Of a stretch of 64,000 nt of DNA, positions 8,486-19,185 are shown piece by piece; within the stretch, counting starts at the first letter, position 1, and each line of letters opens with the position of its first letter. Source of the DNA: Patescibacteria group bacterium (GTDB taxonomy: Bacteria > Patescibacteriota > Minisyncoccia > Phycocordibacterales > SIBU01); the NCBI GenBank assembly GCA_040390045.1, contig JAZJZC010000001.1, positions 108,005 through 172,004 on the forward strand. Reading direction: 5' to 3'. The notes under the pieces are model-generated. The model was given only the letters and a program-made list of their open reading frames with translations, made no database searches and had not been told where the DNA came from. A program made the translations under genes and the position numbers.

Positions 8486-8953
8486 TTATATTGGTTTTAA
8501 TGTACTCCTGCTTATAAACCCGGCATCAATTAACCCGGCGTCGATTGCATGGACAATAAGCCAGGCCGAAAGCATGATCAAAAACCCGACAAGCACTTTT
8601 CCAAAAATTTCTTTGGCATGCTCTATTTTACCCATTTCTCCTCCCGCTGTCATCATCAAAAATCCTGCCCAAGCAAAGGCGAGAGCAGAAACCGCTGCTC
8701 CAAGGACGATGAGGTAGTTAGCTATTTTATTGATGAGCGTAATAATGTGTTGAAATCCACAGGGATTCGAAACCGTACCTCCTACATATTTAACTCCACT
8801 TCCTGTTCCAAGGGTAGCCCCGTCAGGATAGACTTCTGTGCCACAGGGAATAAAATTTTGTACCGCTTGTCCAAAAACCAAAAAGGGTGCTGTAATCAAA
8901 AATATCGCCAAGAAAAACGAGAAGATGGCATTTTGATTTACAATTTTTGTCAT
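8486..8953 (-). CDS. Pilin-like hairpin protein, paralog 1.
   Basis: AFAWAGFLMMTAGGEMGKIEHAKEIFGKVLVGFLIMLSAW. The N-terminal variable region carries a Cys pair. Confidence 0.5.
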   Translation of the reverse strand: MTKIVNQNAIFSFFLAIFLITAPFLVFGQAVQNFIPCGTEVYPDGATLGTGSGVKYVGGTVSNPCGFQHIITLINKIANYLIVLGAAVSALAFAWAGFLMMTAGGEMGKIEHAKEIFGKVLVGFLIMLSAWLIVHAIDAGLIDAGFISRSTLKPI

Positions 8954-8964
8954 GAAAATTTTAT

Positions 8965-10230
8965 CTAGTTACGGAGAGACTTGCCAGCAATAGTAATTGC
9001 ATCTCCGACACCAGCTTCACCGCTTGTTATAGATTCTATCATATTTTGGAAAGCGGCCCGTGAATTTGAGGAGTTTGGATCAACCCAGGCTTTGGCGCGC
9101 AGTGCAGAATTATAAAAAATTGCTTGATATGGATCTTTCGGATCAGCAACAAGCATGGAGCGTCGAACTGGTGGAAGTCCAGTCCGTGAACTTAAAAGAT
9201 TGATGGTGTCGGGAGCTGTCATGGCAATTAGCAACGAAACTGCACTTGCCTGGTTTTGGGAACTTTTAAGAACTGCTAAACCTTGCATTTTTCCAAAGGT
9301 CGTCAATATTGAAGCGCCTTTTGGTTGAGGGAAATAGGTTACATCAAAATTGAGATTGGAGTTTCGATCACGAATTTTAGACATCTCCGAAGCGAACCCA
9401 AAATAAAAGGCTAAATCTCCTGAGGCAAACATGTCGCGAGAATTGATCAAAGCCCTATTCCAAGAGTAGTCGGGTTTTAATGGATTAGCAAAATCAGTAT
9501 AAAAATTAACAGCTCCAATAGTAGCTAAGGTTGGCGAAAGAGCGCCCATTAAGCCATCTGGACCGTACTGAGTAATGGGGCTACCTGCCTGGAGCAAGAT
9601 GGCTGAAATTATTTCAAACGCATTTGTAATGTTTTTAAATTCCCCTAAAGCAACTCCGCTTTTCAGTATGTTTGAATTGGCATCCTTAACTGACAGTCGT
9701 GGAACGAGTGTAATAAATTGATCCCACGTTTTTGGAGGAAGGGATTCACCAATATTGGTCAAGGAATCTCGGTTCCAATACATGACGAGCGGATCTACTG
9801 TGAACGGTAACGCAACAACACCTTCGCTATCTATATACAACTCAGCCTCCTGAATAAAAGTGTCTTTGAAATCCCTCAGAGGCATTATGTTGTAGGAAAA
9901 TGGCAGAATTTTGTCTCTATATTTAATAATTTTATCCTGTGGGAGCAAAATTGCGTCAGGTCCTACCCCTGAAGCCAAAGCTTCGATCAAATCCTGGTCA
10001 AAAGCTGCTTCAATTTTTTGTATATACTCAATTTTATAACCATTAGTACCTAACGTTAAATTTGATACAGAGTCGTTGAAAGCGGCAGTGTCCATTGTTC
10101 CCCAAATAACAACAGTCACGCTGTTGACACTACCATTTTTTGCTTTCGTGAGAGCAAGAACGATCACACCGCCGACTAAGGCGATAATAAAGATAGCGGT
10201 GAGTACGACTTGGAATGGGCTGGCTTTCAT
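8965..10230 (-). CDS. Membrane-anchored extracellular solute-binding protein-like (ABC transporter SBP family 1-like).
   Basis: N-terminal TM anchor followed by a roughly 390-aa periplasmic-type domain. The overall pattern resembles sugar-binding SBPs; assigned by resemblance only. It lies immediately upstream of the pilin-like array on the same strand. Confidence 0.4.
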   Translation of the reverse strand: MKASPFQVVLTAIFIIALVGGVIVLALTKAKNGSVNSVTVVIWGTMDTAAFNDSVSNLTLGTNGYKIEYIQKIEAAFDQDLIEALASGVGPDAILLPQDKIIKYRDKILPFSYNIMPLRDFKDTFIQEAELYIDSEGVVALPFTVDPLVMYWNRDSLTNIGESLPPKTWDQFITLVPRLSVKDANSNILKSGVALGEFKNITNAFEIISAILLQAGSPITQYGPDGLMGALSPTLATIGAVNFYTDFANPLKPDYSWNRALINSRDMFASGDLAFYFGFASEMSKIRDRNSNLNFDVTYFPQPKGASILTTFGKMQGLAVLKSSQNQASAVSLLIAMTAPDTINLLSSRTGLPPVRRSMLVADPKDPYQAIFYNSALRAKAWVDPNSSNSRAAFQNMIESITSGEAGVGDAITIAGKSLRN

Positions 10231-10234
10231 AATG

Positions 10235-10278
10235 ATACGAAATTATTATACGAAAATACGAAATGTATACGAAAATTA
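10235..10278. repeat. TACGAAAAT-family repeat cluster in the upstream region of the SBP gene.
   Basis: atacgaaattattatacgaaaatacgaaatgtatacgaaaat. Confidence 0.55.
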
Positions 10279-10333
10279 TGTTCCACTGTTATAATTTTTA
10301 TACTAGCTCCAACGTCCATGTAAATATAGCATA

Positions 10334-10858
10334 TTATCGTATAAAAATTAAGCCGTAGTGGTGCTCCCCTGCTGAAATTTCCCGCTGGAAAACAAATCCG
10401 GCCTTTTCAAAAAGCGCCCGAGCCATGTCAGAGGAAAAAACGTGTTCCTTTTGCGGGCCCATGCCACCAAACGACTCCTTCCAATCAACAACGAGGACAC
10501 GACCTTTTGGTTTTAAAATTCTTTTTACTTCAAATGGGAAATCGGTTTTGTGTTCTAACTGAAAAAGCGTATTGCATACCAACACGTCGTCCACAGAAGA
10601 ATCTGCCAATCGTGTACCACCAAGCTTTTCGACATTACCCAAAAGCGCTTCTACATTTGTGAGACTACTTCGTCGCGCCTCGTTTTTAAGTTTTTCCAAT
10701 AAGTCTTTTAAAACGTCCACAGCGTAGACCTTGCCTTTGTCGCCTACTGCTCGTGCGGCAGCCATAGTATAAAAACCGGCACCCGAGCCGAGGTCGGCTA
10801 CGGAAGTTCCGGGTTCAAGTCTCAATTGCTCTATATTTTTTTGTGGGTCAGAGAACAA
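10334..10858 (-). CDS. Class I SAM-dependent methyltransferase.
   Basis: Motif I VADLGSGAGFYT and motif II-like VYAVDV. Confidence 0.65.
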   Translation of the reverse strand: MFSDPQKNIEQLRLEPGTSVADLGSGAGFYTMAAARAVGDKGKVYAVDVLKDLLEKLKNEARRSSLTNVEALLGNVEKLGGTRLADSSVDDVLVCNTLFQLEHKTDFPFEVKRILKPKGRVLVVDWKESFGGMGPQKEHVFSSDMARALFEKAGFVFQREISAGEHHYGLIFIR

Positions 10859-10941
10859 GGTTTCTAATTATTAGTTGTAAGTCTTAAATATAAGAGAAAT
10901 TATACCGCTCTCAAAACCGAAAAGCTAGTGACACTCGGGGG

Positions 10942-11658
10942 TTATTTGCCGATTTTAAGTTCACCAAACAACCGGTACATCCCGATAAGTTCTTTCGTCA
11001 CAATAGCAGGGATTTTTTTCAGATAAAAAATATTGGTTTTTCCGCTCTGGCGCCTAAAATGATTAACTGGCACCTCGATTATTTTTGCGCCCGCAAGGTT
11101 TACTCGTATCACAAACTCAGCATTAAAAAACTGAAGATACGATACTTTTTGAGCAACGTCGTCCAAAAAACTTTTTTTAATAAGTCTAAAACCAGTATCC
11201 ATGTCCTCAAAAGAAACCTTGAATATCCTGCGTAACAAAAAATTATATCCTTTTGAGAGTACTGATCTTAGCGCACCGTCCTTTCTGTCGATTTTCTTTC
11301 CTAGAATAACATCATAGCGATCAGCGTACTCCCATAATTTCCAGAAATCTTTTGGGTCAAATTGGCTATCAGAATCAACGAGAAAAACCCACTCATACCG
11401 AGGGTATTTCAAAGAATCTTTAATGGCTTGAAGATACCCCTTTCTCTTTTCACTTAAGTATACTCGTATCGATAGTTCACTCTCCAAATCTTTAAGTATC
11501 CGTTTGGTGTCATCCGTACTTCCATCCTCCACGGCAATTATTTCAAAATTAAGTTTACCTTTTAGTTCGTTGTAATATGAATGAATTGTTTTAGCAATTA
11601 TGTACTCTTCATTGTATACAGGAAAAACAAATGATACGCTTCTGGTTTGTAAATTCAT
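10942..11658 (-). CDS. Family 2 glycosyltransferase (Dpm1/GtrB-like).
   Basis: IIAVEDGSTDDT (DxD region) and VDSDSQ, a typical GT-A fold. Confidence 0.7.
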   Translation of the reverse strand: MNLQTRSVSFVFPVYNEEYIIAKTIHSYYNELKGKLNFEIIAVEDGSTDDTKRILKDLESELSIRVYLSEKRKGYLQAIKDSLKYPRYEWVFLVDSDSQFDPKDFWKLWEYADRYDVILGKKIDRKDGALRSVLSKGYNFLLRRIFKVSFEDMDTGFRLIKKSFLDDVAQKVSYLQFFNAEFVIRVNLAGAKIIEVPVNHFRRQSGKTNIFYLKKIPAIVTKELIGMYRLFGELKIGK

Positions 11659-11748
11659 AATTCCGCATTATATCAGATATTTTATTCGAGTGAATAGCGA
11701 TAAAAATCTTGGAAATTAATTAAATGCTATAATTATTTTGCAATTCAA

Positions 11749-13218
11749 ATGAACGCTGTAAAACAAATTTTAACGAACCGAAAAATCATACTAAAGTGTG
11801 TTATCTGGTTTCTTATTATTGCATCGAGTGTCGCCATCTATGAACCATATCTCTCAAGCGGTTGGTCTTCGAACGAATCCCCGCGTTTTGAAGGCTGGGC
11901 GTTTTTTCATTACTATTTGGGAGCAAAATATTTTGGGGAAGTGGGTTATTTCGATTTCTACCAATGCGCTATAGAAGCTGGAGGAAAAACTGTTGGGTGG
12001 TCAGATGAGACCATAACTCGAGATTTGCGAACCTACAATCTCCTGCCCTCAAAAGACGTTCCTGCTTGTCATCGTGAACGATTTTCGGAAGCCCGTTGGC
12101 TAGAATATAAAAATGATGTAGCTTGGATTATCAAAGAAGGTGACCAGCAAAATCATCTTCCAAATCTAGACCTAGTTACCGACAAGGGTTTCAACCCAAC
12201 ACCTTTTTGGTCTGTGGTGGCAGGAGATCTTGCAAATGCATTTCCTTCCCAAAAAGGCTTGGCCTTAACCTTACTCATGATGGTAGACTTTTTGGTCTTT
12301 GTCTTTTCGATTGCATTCATACGCTGGAAGGAAGGAGACACACTGGCAATACTAACGGCCTTACTAACTCTTTTTTACTTCGGCGCATTTCATTCTCTTG
12401 GTGGACAATTTTTGCAGTATATTTGGTTTTTATGCATTATCGTTAGTACTGTTTTATGGCGCGCGAAAAAACCTTTCTCAAGTGGTGTATTAATGGGACT
12501 TGCGATAGGGATTCGGTCATTTCCGTTATTTTTTGCTGCGCCAATGTTTTGTGTCGCTTTTTATTCGCTCATCAAAAAGCAAAAAAATATACCTGTAATA
12601 ATTTTTTGCGCTGGTTGCATAACAGCAATGCTCATGTGTTTTATTATTGGAAGCACGTCAACAAGAGGAGTGAGCGCCTGGCAGGAATGGAGCGAGAAGA
12701 TATCCGTCCACGAGAAATATTTGCGTGGAGAAATTTTTGAGATTGGACTTCCGAATTTGATAAGTACGATTGCTTCAGAAGAAAATGGAAATGCGTCAAA
12801 TTACCTTGAAGATTTTCCACATACGCTTCTACGTATTGCACGTTTTGAAAAATTTATTTTCTTATATTACGCTCTGGCCGGAACTCTTCTTGCTTTGTGG
12901 GCGTGGTTGCTTTGGAAAAATAGATCTCTGGAGGTTTTTGGATATGGGTTTATACCTCTCTATGTGCTTACCTCTCTTTCCCCCATTTACTATCTTTCTC
13001 TAGCACTTTTACCCTGCATGTTTGGGGGGGCACCAATACGAATTCGTAACTATGCCGTTGGCGGGACTTTATTACTTATGGTGGCTCACCTTCCTTTTCT
13101 GCTCAGTGGTTATATAACCTTCAATTATTACGATCATCTTATCAGTGGCATATTGATTTTCCTCTTTTTCATCGGAATGGTATATGTATGGCACAAGGAA
13201 GAATCATTGGCGCCTTAA
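11749..13218 (+). CDS. Polytopic membrane protein, possible GT-C-type glycosyltransferase.
   Basis: Twelve or more predicted TM segments with a large loop. It lies in a glycosylation-type cluster. No specific motif recognised. Confidence 0.3.
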   Translation: MNAVKQILTNRKIILKCVIWFLIIASSVAIYEPYLSSGWSSNESPRFEGWAFFHYYLGAKYFGEVGYFDFYQCAIEAGGKTVGWSDETITRDLRTYNLLPSKDVPACHRERFSEARWLEYKNDVAWIIKEGDQQNHLPNLDLVTDKGFNPTPFWSVVAGDLANAFPSQKGLALTLLMMVDFLVFVFSIAFIRWKEGDTLAILTALLTLFYFGAFHSLGGQFLQYIWFLCIIVSTVLWRAKKPFSSGVLMGLAIGIRSFPLFFAAPMFCVAFYSLIKKQKNIPVIIFCAGCITAMLMCFIIGSTSTRGVSAWQEWSEKISVHEKYLRGEIFEIGLPNLISTIASEENGNASNYLEDFPHTLLRIARFEKFIFLYYALAGTLLALWAWLLWKNRSLEVFGYGFIPLYVLTSLSPIYYLSLALLPCMFGGAPIRIRNYAVGGTLLLMVAHLPFLLSGYITFNYYDHLISGILIFLFFIGMVYVWHKEESLAP

Positions 13219-14154
13219 AACAACGTCGATATATTTTGTCTTGACAAAAGTTTCTTGAATCGCATCCTCGAAAGGCGTTTGAGTGACACCAAACACCTTT
13301 TTTGTATCAACACCTTTGAAATCGTCCCCTGCCACTAATGCTGTGAGCTGCTGAACAGTAAATGGTGGTTTTTGAACAAACAACGCGCATATCTGCAACA
13401 TAAAACCAAAAAATACAATTGGGATGTGTATAATTTTTGTAGATAATTTTTTGGCGCGAATAATTGCAAAAATAATATCTTGGTAATCGATGCGAGTGTC
13501 ACCGACGATATCAAACACCTGATTATTAAACTCGGGCTTCAGAGACCGCACAAGACATCGACAAAAATCTTTAACATACAGTGGCTGTCGCAAAAACTTT
13601 CCGTTGCCAGGAATAGGAAAAATCGGAGTTTTTTCCATAAAACGTGACAACCAACCTAAGTGTTTTGGGTCAAATGGGCCAAACATCAACGTTGGCCGTA
13701 ACACCGTATATCGGAGACCGCTTCTAAGCACTCCTGCTTCTTGAATTTTTTTGGCGTTTGTGTAATCATCGGTTGCAACAGAATTGACCACCGAAGAACT
13801 GACATGAATGAGACGCGGGACACTAAATTTTCTGCATGCATTGAGCACACTGTATGTGGTGTCAATCGTGTTACGTTTAAATTGCTCCGAATGCGTACTT
13901 GTAATTTGTGCCTGCAACTGAATAACTACGTCTACACCCTCAAGCGTCCGCTCCCAAAAATCAGAAGAAATAGCTAAATCTGCCTCAACAACATCCACTT
14001 CCGGATGTAACCTGTGGAGTATCGACAAATTATAGGCACTCTTATCTATAACAACAAAACGAGTGTATCTTTCTGATTTTAATTCGAAGAGAAGATTTTG
14101 CCCAACAAATCCTGCCCCTCCAGTTATCGCAATTTTTATATTTTTATTGTTCAT
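13204..14154 (-). CDS. NAD-dependent epimerase/dehydratase (SDR family).
   Basis: MNNKNIKIAITGGAGFVGQNL Rossmann motif. Start chosen at that Met; the track's longer ORF overlaps the next gene. Confidence 0.65.
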   Translation of the reverse strand: MNNKNIKIAITGGAGFVGQNLLFELKSERYTRFVVIDKSAYNLSILHRLHPEVDVVEADLAISSDFWERTLEGVDVVIQLQAQITSTHSEQFKRNTIDTTYSVLNACRKFSVPRLIHVSSSVVNSVATDDYTNAKKIQEAGVLRSGLRYTVLRPTLMFGPFDPKHLGWLSRFMEKTPIFPIPGNGKFLRQPLYVKDFCRCLVRSLKPEFNNQVFDIVGDTRIDYQDIIFAIIRAKKLSTKIIHIPIVFFGFMLQICALFVQKPPFTVQQLTALVAGDDFKGVDTKKVFGVTQTPFEDAIQETFVKTKYIDVVLRRQ

Positions 14155-14164
14155 ACTAGTGAGG

Positions 14165-15448
14165 CTACTTCCGATAGATACTTTGTATATTTGGATATAG
14201 TCCGTCAAGCCAAATTCGTTGGTAGAATATCTTAGAGAAAAAAACAAAAAAATATAAAAATAATAAAAAATTTATTATTTCATCTATATACAATAAGTTT
14301 TGTGACCATCGACTGAGCCATACGCTAAAGATAACCCCAAGCAAAACGGCCGAGGCGGAAATACTGTATTTTCCAGCATCTTTGATCCAAATTAAAAGTT
14401 GTGGCACTAAAAAAATTAAAAAAATTAATCGATAGTCATAATTTCTACCAAGGATATAGGTACCAAGATATATTCCTGCCCCAACAAGAAAACCGGCACT
14501 AACAACTCTTCCACGTTGGGAATTTTCAAATTCCACTGCGGTTCCAAAATAGCTGCGTCTCCTAAATATAGAAAAAATCAAAACCAGCAGTGATGATAGG
14601 GTTAAAAATTCGATAAAAAAACCTACTTTTGATGTTAGAACATGCTCAATGATATCGAAGCTGACGCTAATTCCGTACGTAAAATAATTACCGATAGTTG
14701 GAAGAACTTGAACTATACGCTGAATGTCATTAAAGATTACGAATAGGTACAACAAGAAAGTGAAAAAAACACTTATAAAAATAAGCGTTCCTCTTTTTCC
14801 TTTCTCCTTCAACACAACAACAAGCGCCATTATTGGATATAATTTTAATACAGCAGCTAAAAACAAAACGACGTAACCAAAAACATTAGTTTTCTTCTGT
14901 ACGCTACTTATAGAAAACGTAGCCAAGGCCAAAAGAGAAAATATAATGAGATCATTATTACCCCGTTCAACCGCAAGCAAAACAGACGGGGAAAGCAAAA
15001 TTAAAAGATACACAATCACTTCCGGTATATTTATAAAGCCAATTATAAAATAAGCACTGGTAAAAAAAAGTATTCCCGAAAGGATTCCTAAAAAGACTGT
15101 GTGCGACTGATCTATCTGGAGTGGGGCCAGCGCCATCCATATGCGAGGATAATCAAATGGCCGCTTCCACGGATCGCATGGATTTGCGATGAGTACATCA
15201 TGTCCAGAACGATTGCACTCAAGAGCGCTCGTAGTTTGTCTTGTGTCTGCAAACAACGAACCGTTAGCTAATTCACCCGGTTTTTGCCAAAACAAAATAT
15301 AATACGGCATGAAAAAACTTGAGACAAACACCGTCAAAAAATAAAGGCCCGTGAGAAAAAATAATATCTTGCGACAATCAAATGACTGATTTTTTGCCAC
15401 CCGAGAAATACTACTACTGTTGAGAAACTGAAAAGGTGGTGTGGTCAC
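14165..15448 (-). CDS. Polytopic membrane protein (DUF2029/GT87-like?).
   Basis: Many TM helices. Lies in the envelope-glycosylation cluster. No catalytic motif recognised. Confidence 0.3.
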   Translation of the reverse strand: MTTPPFQFLNSSSISRVAKNQSFDCRKILFFLTGLYFLTVFVSSFFMPYYILFWQKPGELANGSLFADTRQTTSALECNRSGHDVLIANPCDPWKRPFDYPRIWMALAPLQIDQSHTVFLGILSGILFFTSAYFIIGFINIPEVIVYLLILLSPSVLLAVERGNNDLIIFSLLALATFSISSVQKKTNVFGYVVLFLAAVLKLYPIMALVVVLKEKGKRGTLIFISVFFTFLLYLFVIFNDIQRIVQVLPTIGNYFTYGISVSFDIIEHVLTSKVGFFIEFLTLSSLLVLIFSIFRRRSYFGTAVEFENSQRGRVVSAGFLVGAGIYLGTYILGRNYDYRLIFLIFLVPQLLIWIKDAGKYSISASAVLLGVIFSVWLSRWSQNLLYIDEIINFLLFLYFFVFFSKIFYQRIWLDGLYPNIQSIYRK

Positions 15449-15460
15449 AAAACAAAAATG

Positions 15461-17926
15461 TTACAAACAAGTAAGTGACGCGATGGCATCACCTTCGCGG
15501 AGTTTCATAATGCGAACGCCCTGAGTCTGGCGGCCAATGACAGGAATTTCTTTGATATCAACACGGATGACCTGACTTTTTTTGGAAATGGCAATCACCT
15601 CTTCGATTTCAGTTTCATCGATCACTTTTGAGGCGATGAGTACGCCAGTTTTTGGAGTAATCTTGGCGGTCTTGATGCCCGATCCTCCGCGCTTTTGCAC
15701 TTTATATTCTGAGAGATCAGTTTTCTTACCATAACCATTTTCCATGATGACAAGCAGTGATGGTTCTTTGTGACTTTTCTTAATGATGTCAGCGCCAACA
15801 AGCATGTCGCCTTTTCCGAGTCGAACAACACGAACTCCGCCGGCATTTCTGCCCATTTCTCTCACATCATTTTCTTTAAAACGAATTGATTGACCCTTGC
15901 TGGTGACGACAATACAATCATCCCCCTTCTCAACAAACGAAGCGGAAATCAATTGATCGCCCGGCTGAAGTTTAATAGCAATCAAACCACTGCGTCTGAC
16001 ATCGTGGAAACTTTTTGCGGCCACTTTTTTGCCAACGCCAGATTTTGTAACCATCATAAGAGACAGGGTTGATTGTTTAACTTCTTTCGGCATCGCCAAA
16101 ATGCTCGTAACTTTTTCGTCATCAGAAAGTGAGATGAAGTTTACAATGGATTTTCCTCGCGTGGCGCGTTTACCTTCTGGAATTTCATACATTTTCACTT
16201 GGTAGGCCTTGCCTTTATCGGTAAAGAACAACAAATCACTGTGGGTTGTGGTCGTCAAAAACATCGTCACAAAATCTTCTTCCTTAGTATCAAGATCAAC
16301 CACGCCAACTCCTCCGCGTTTCTGTTTGCGATATTCTTCTGGATCGGTGCGCTTAATGTAACCGCCCTTGGTGAGCACCAAAACGCTTTCCGCGTCGGGA
16401 ATTAAATCTTCTTCGGAAAACGTGCCCGCGCCGGCCTTGATAATTTTGGTGCGGCGTTCGTCGCCATACTTGGCTTTGATTTCGTTCAACTCATCTTTAA
16501 TAATTGAAAGAATTTTCTTTGGGCTGGCCAAAATAGCTTTGAGAATTTCGATGAGTTCTTGGATCGCTTTGAGTTCATCTTCGATTTTCTTGCGTTCAAG
16601 GCCGGCGAGACGTGAGAGTTTCATTTCCAAAATGGCGGTGGCCTGACGGTCAGAGAATTTAAATTGCTTCATCAAGTTGGCGTGAGCTTCGGGAGTGTCT
16701 TTCGACTTTTTGATGAGTTTGATAATTTCATCAATGTGATCCAGCGCTTTTTTCAGACCGATCAAAATGTGCTCGCGTTCTTCCGCTTTTCGTAAATCAA
16801 ATTCGGTGCGGCGTCGCACGACGATCACCCGATGCGCCACGAATTCCTCGAGGATGGATTTCAGTGACAAAGTTTGAGGAATACCGTCAACAAGCGCAAC
16901 CACGTTGAAGTGAAAAGCTTCTTCGAGCTGAGTGTGTTTGTATAAAAAGTTTAAAACTTTTTCTGGATAGGCTCCCTGCTTGAGATCAATCACCACGCGA
17001 ATGTCTTTTGAGGATTCATCGCGAAGACCCTTGATGCCTTCGATTTTTTTGTCGCGAACCAAGTCGGCAATGCGCATGATGAGTTCAGCTTTGTTGACGC
17101 GATACGGAATTGAGGTAATGACAATTTGAAAAGTTCCAGATTTTGATTCGATAATTTCTGCAATACCTCGAGTTACGACGCCACCGCGGCCTGAGCCGTA
17201 GGCGTGCATTAAATCTTTGGCGCCGAAGACCACGCCGCCCGTTGGAAAATCGGGGCCTTTAACAAACTGTAATAAATCTTCGGTTGTGGCACTTTTATTA
17301 TCGATAAGATGTGTTGTCGCATCAACCACTTCGCCGAGATTGTGCGGTGGGATGTTGGTGGCCATACCGACAGCAATTCCCAATGTGCCGTTGAGCAAAA
17401 GACTTGGAACGACTGAAGGTAACACTATCGGTTCTTGTTTGGTGTTGTCATAGTTTGGACGGAAATCAACAGTTTCTTTTTCGATGTCACGAAGAAGTTC
17501 TGAAGAAATTTTAGACATGCGAGCTTCAGTGTATCGGTGCGCAGCTGCTGGATCGCCGTCGATTGAACCAAAGTTTCCCTGGCCAATGATCAGCGGGTAT
17601 CTCATCGAAAAATCCTGAACCATTTTTACCATTGTGTCGTACACTGCAATGTCGCCGTGAGGGTGATAGTTACCGAGTACTTCTCCAACCACGGTGGCGG
17701 ATTTTCTAAATTTGGCAGACGAAGTGAGACCCATCTGGTTCATGGCGAAGAGAATGCGGCGGTGCACTGGTTTTAATCCATCACGAACATCAGGAAGGGC
17801 TCGAGAGGTAATAACCGACATGGCGTAGTCGAGATACGACTCGCGCATTTCAGTGGAAATGTTGCGGGAAACTACGTTTACATGAGGGGCTTTTTCCTCG
17901 TTTTTTGGTTCTTTCTTGTCGGGCAT
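15461..17926 (-). CDS. gyrA: DNA gyrase subunit A.
   Basis: [31 protein letters not shown] and GyrA-box-like QKRGGVG / KRGGSG in the C-terminal beta-pinwheel. 821 aa. Confidence 0.9.
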   Translation of the reverse strand: MPDKKEPKNEEKAPHVNVVSRNISTEMRESYLDYAMSVITSRALPDVRDGLKPVHRRILFAMNQMGLTSSAKFRKSATVVGEVLGNYHPHGDIAVYDTMVKMVQDFSMRYPLIIGQGNFGSIDGDPAAAHRYTEARMSKISSELLRDIEKETVDFRPNYDNTKQEPIVLPSVVPSLLLNGTLGIAVGMATNIPPHNLGEVVDATTHLIDNKSATTEDLLQFVKGPDFPTGGVVFGAKDLMHAYGSGRGGVVTRGIAEIIESKSGTFQIVITSIPYRVNKAELIMRIADLVRDKKIEGIKGLRDESSKDIRVVIDLKQGAYPEKVLNFLYKHTQLEEAFHFNVVALVDGIPQTLSLKSILEEFVAHRVIVVRRRTEFDLRKAEEREHILIGLKKALDHIDEIIKLIKKSKDTPEAHANLMKQFKFSDRQATAILEMKLSRLAGLERKKIEDELKAIQELIEILKAILASPKKILSIIKDELNEIKAKYGDERRTKIIKAGAGTFSEEDLIPDAESVLVLTKGGYIKRTDPEEYRKQKRGGVGVVDLDTKEEDFVTMFLTTTTHSDLLFFTDKGKAYQVKMYEIPEGKRATRGKSIVNFISLSDDEKVTSILAMPKEVKQSTLSLMMVTKSGVGKKVAAKSFHDVRRSGLIAIKLQPGDQLISASFVEKGDDCIVVTSKGQSIRFKENDVREMGRNAGGVRVVRLGKGDMLVGADIIKKSHKEPSLLVIMENGYGKKTDLSEYKVQKRGGSGIKTAKITPKTGVLIASKVIDETEIEEVIAISKKSQVIRVDIKEIPVIGRQTQGVRIMKLREGDAIASLTCL

Positions 17927-17972
17927 TGTGGGGCAATTTTAACAGAAAATGAATAAAAAGTGAAGTCCTTCA

Positions 17973-18016
17973 ATACGAAAAGGCGGGTATACGAAAATAC
18001 GAAATTTTACGAAAAC
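17973..18016. repeat. TACGAAAAT-family repeat cluster upstream of gyrA.
   Basis: atacgaaaaggcgggtatacgaaaatacgaaattttacgaaaac. Confidence 0.55.
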
Positions 18017-18030
18017 TTTGTGGTGTGTTT

Positions 18031-18309
18031 TCAATATTTTTGGTCGGGAGAAGTTGTAGCATCACCTGCAAACATCTCGCTACCCAACTTTTTTATGACC
18101 GTGAAAAAACTAGAAATATTTGATGCGATTTCACTAATTGGACCGGACTGTTCTTCCTCCAATGACTGTACTGGCTGGTCGAAACTGAAATTAAAAGTGC
18201 TGACCCAAATCAAAAAAATCAAACCAGTGATTGACGTGGTAACAATGAGCAAAAAACGCTTCCGGTAGGCGAGAGGTTTCTTTCTCAATTGTTCTATGTA
18301 GTCGAACAT
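18031..18309 (-). CDS. Small hypothetical membrane protein.
   Basis: 92 aa with one TM segment. It lies between two TACGAAAAT repeat clusters. Weak support. Confidence 0.3.
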   Translation of the reverse strand: MFDYIEQLRKKPLAYRKRFLLIVTTSITGLIFLIWVSTFNFSFDQPVQSLEEEQSGPISEIASNISSFFTVIKKLGSEMFAGDATTSPDQKY

Positions 18310-18328
18310 ATAAATATGAACTTGTTTA

Positions 18329-18420
18329 TGAAAATACGAAATAATACGAAAACTCTCGTTACATAGAAAAAATTTTTGTATGTTTTCGTATTTTCGTACC
18401 CATTTCGTATGTTCGTATTA
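18329..18420. repeat. TACGAAAAT-family repeat cluster with an inverted pair.
   Basis: gaaaatacgaaataatacgaaaac ... gtatgttttcgtattttcgtacccatttcgtatgttcgtatta. Confidence 0.6.
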
Positions 18421-19068
18421 AACCTGTGCCTCCAAAACAATCGCCTCGCCCTCTTTGCCCTCCAAATCTTTTTTCTTGAGCGTCAATTTATCTACCGGTT
18501 TAATTCCCTCTTCTCCGGCTTCTTTCAAAAATAACTTAAGATTTTTATCCTGAGCATTTTCGTAGTGGGTAGGAATAATAATTTTCGGTTCTAGTTTTAC
18601 TGCAAGCTCATAGGCCAGAGATGGACTCAAAACTCCTTCGCCACCAATTGGCACAAACAAAACATCAATATCATCGAGTGCTTCTTTGGTTTCCGCGGAT
18701 AAATCTTTAGAATCAAGCGCACCGAGGAAACAAAGATTCATGCCTTCCAACGATAGACTATATATAGTATTGAGTCGCGATTCGCCTGAGCCGGCCTTGA
18801 GCCCGTAGTGGGATTCACCTTTAAATCCTTTTATAAAAATTCCTTTAATTTCATATTCGCCAGGACCGGTAATAGCAAACGGCGCGCGATCGCCATGAGT
18901 GACTGCTTCAACACCGTTGAAATCTGGATCGTTTAAGGAAATCAAAGCGATGTCGGCACCAAATCGAGAAACTTTACGCTTTGAATCTTTCGAAATCGGG
19001 TTGACCGCGATCACGGTGTCGCCGAATTGAATCTTGAAGGCTTCGAGGCCTAGGTATGTGATTATCAT
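18418..19068 (-). CDS. Metallo-beta-lactamase-fold hydrolase (UPF0173-like).
   Basis: MIITYLGLEAFKIQFGDTVIAVNP N-terminus and IIPTHYEN near the C-terminus, typical of the MBL fold. Confidence 0.6.
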   Translation of the reverse strand: MIITYLGLEAFKIQFGDTVIAVNPISKDSKRKVSRFGADIALISLNDPDFNGVEAVTHGDRAPFAITGPGEYEIKGIFIKGFKGESHYGLKAGSGESRLNTIYSLSLEGMNLCFLGALDSKDLSAETKEALDDIDVLFVPIGGEGVLSPSLAYELAVKLEPKIIIPTHYENAQDKNLKLFLKEAGEEGIKPVDKLTLKKKDLEGKEGEAIVLEAQV

Positions 19069-19185
19069 AAAAATAAGCTGAAAGCTTATAGCTGTTAGCT
19101 GATAGGAAGAGGACTCAAGTATAACAGAACGGAAAAAAGATTAAAGCCCCCAATCATTGACAACTCCCAACAAATAAACTAGTTT

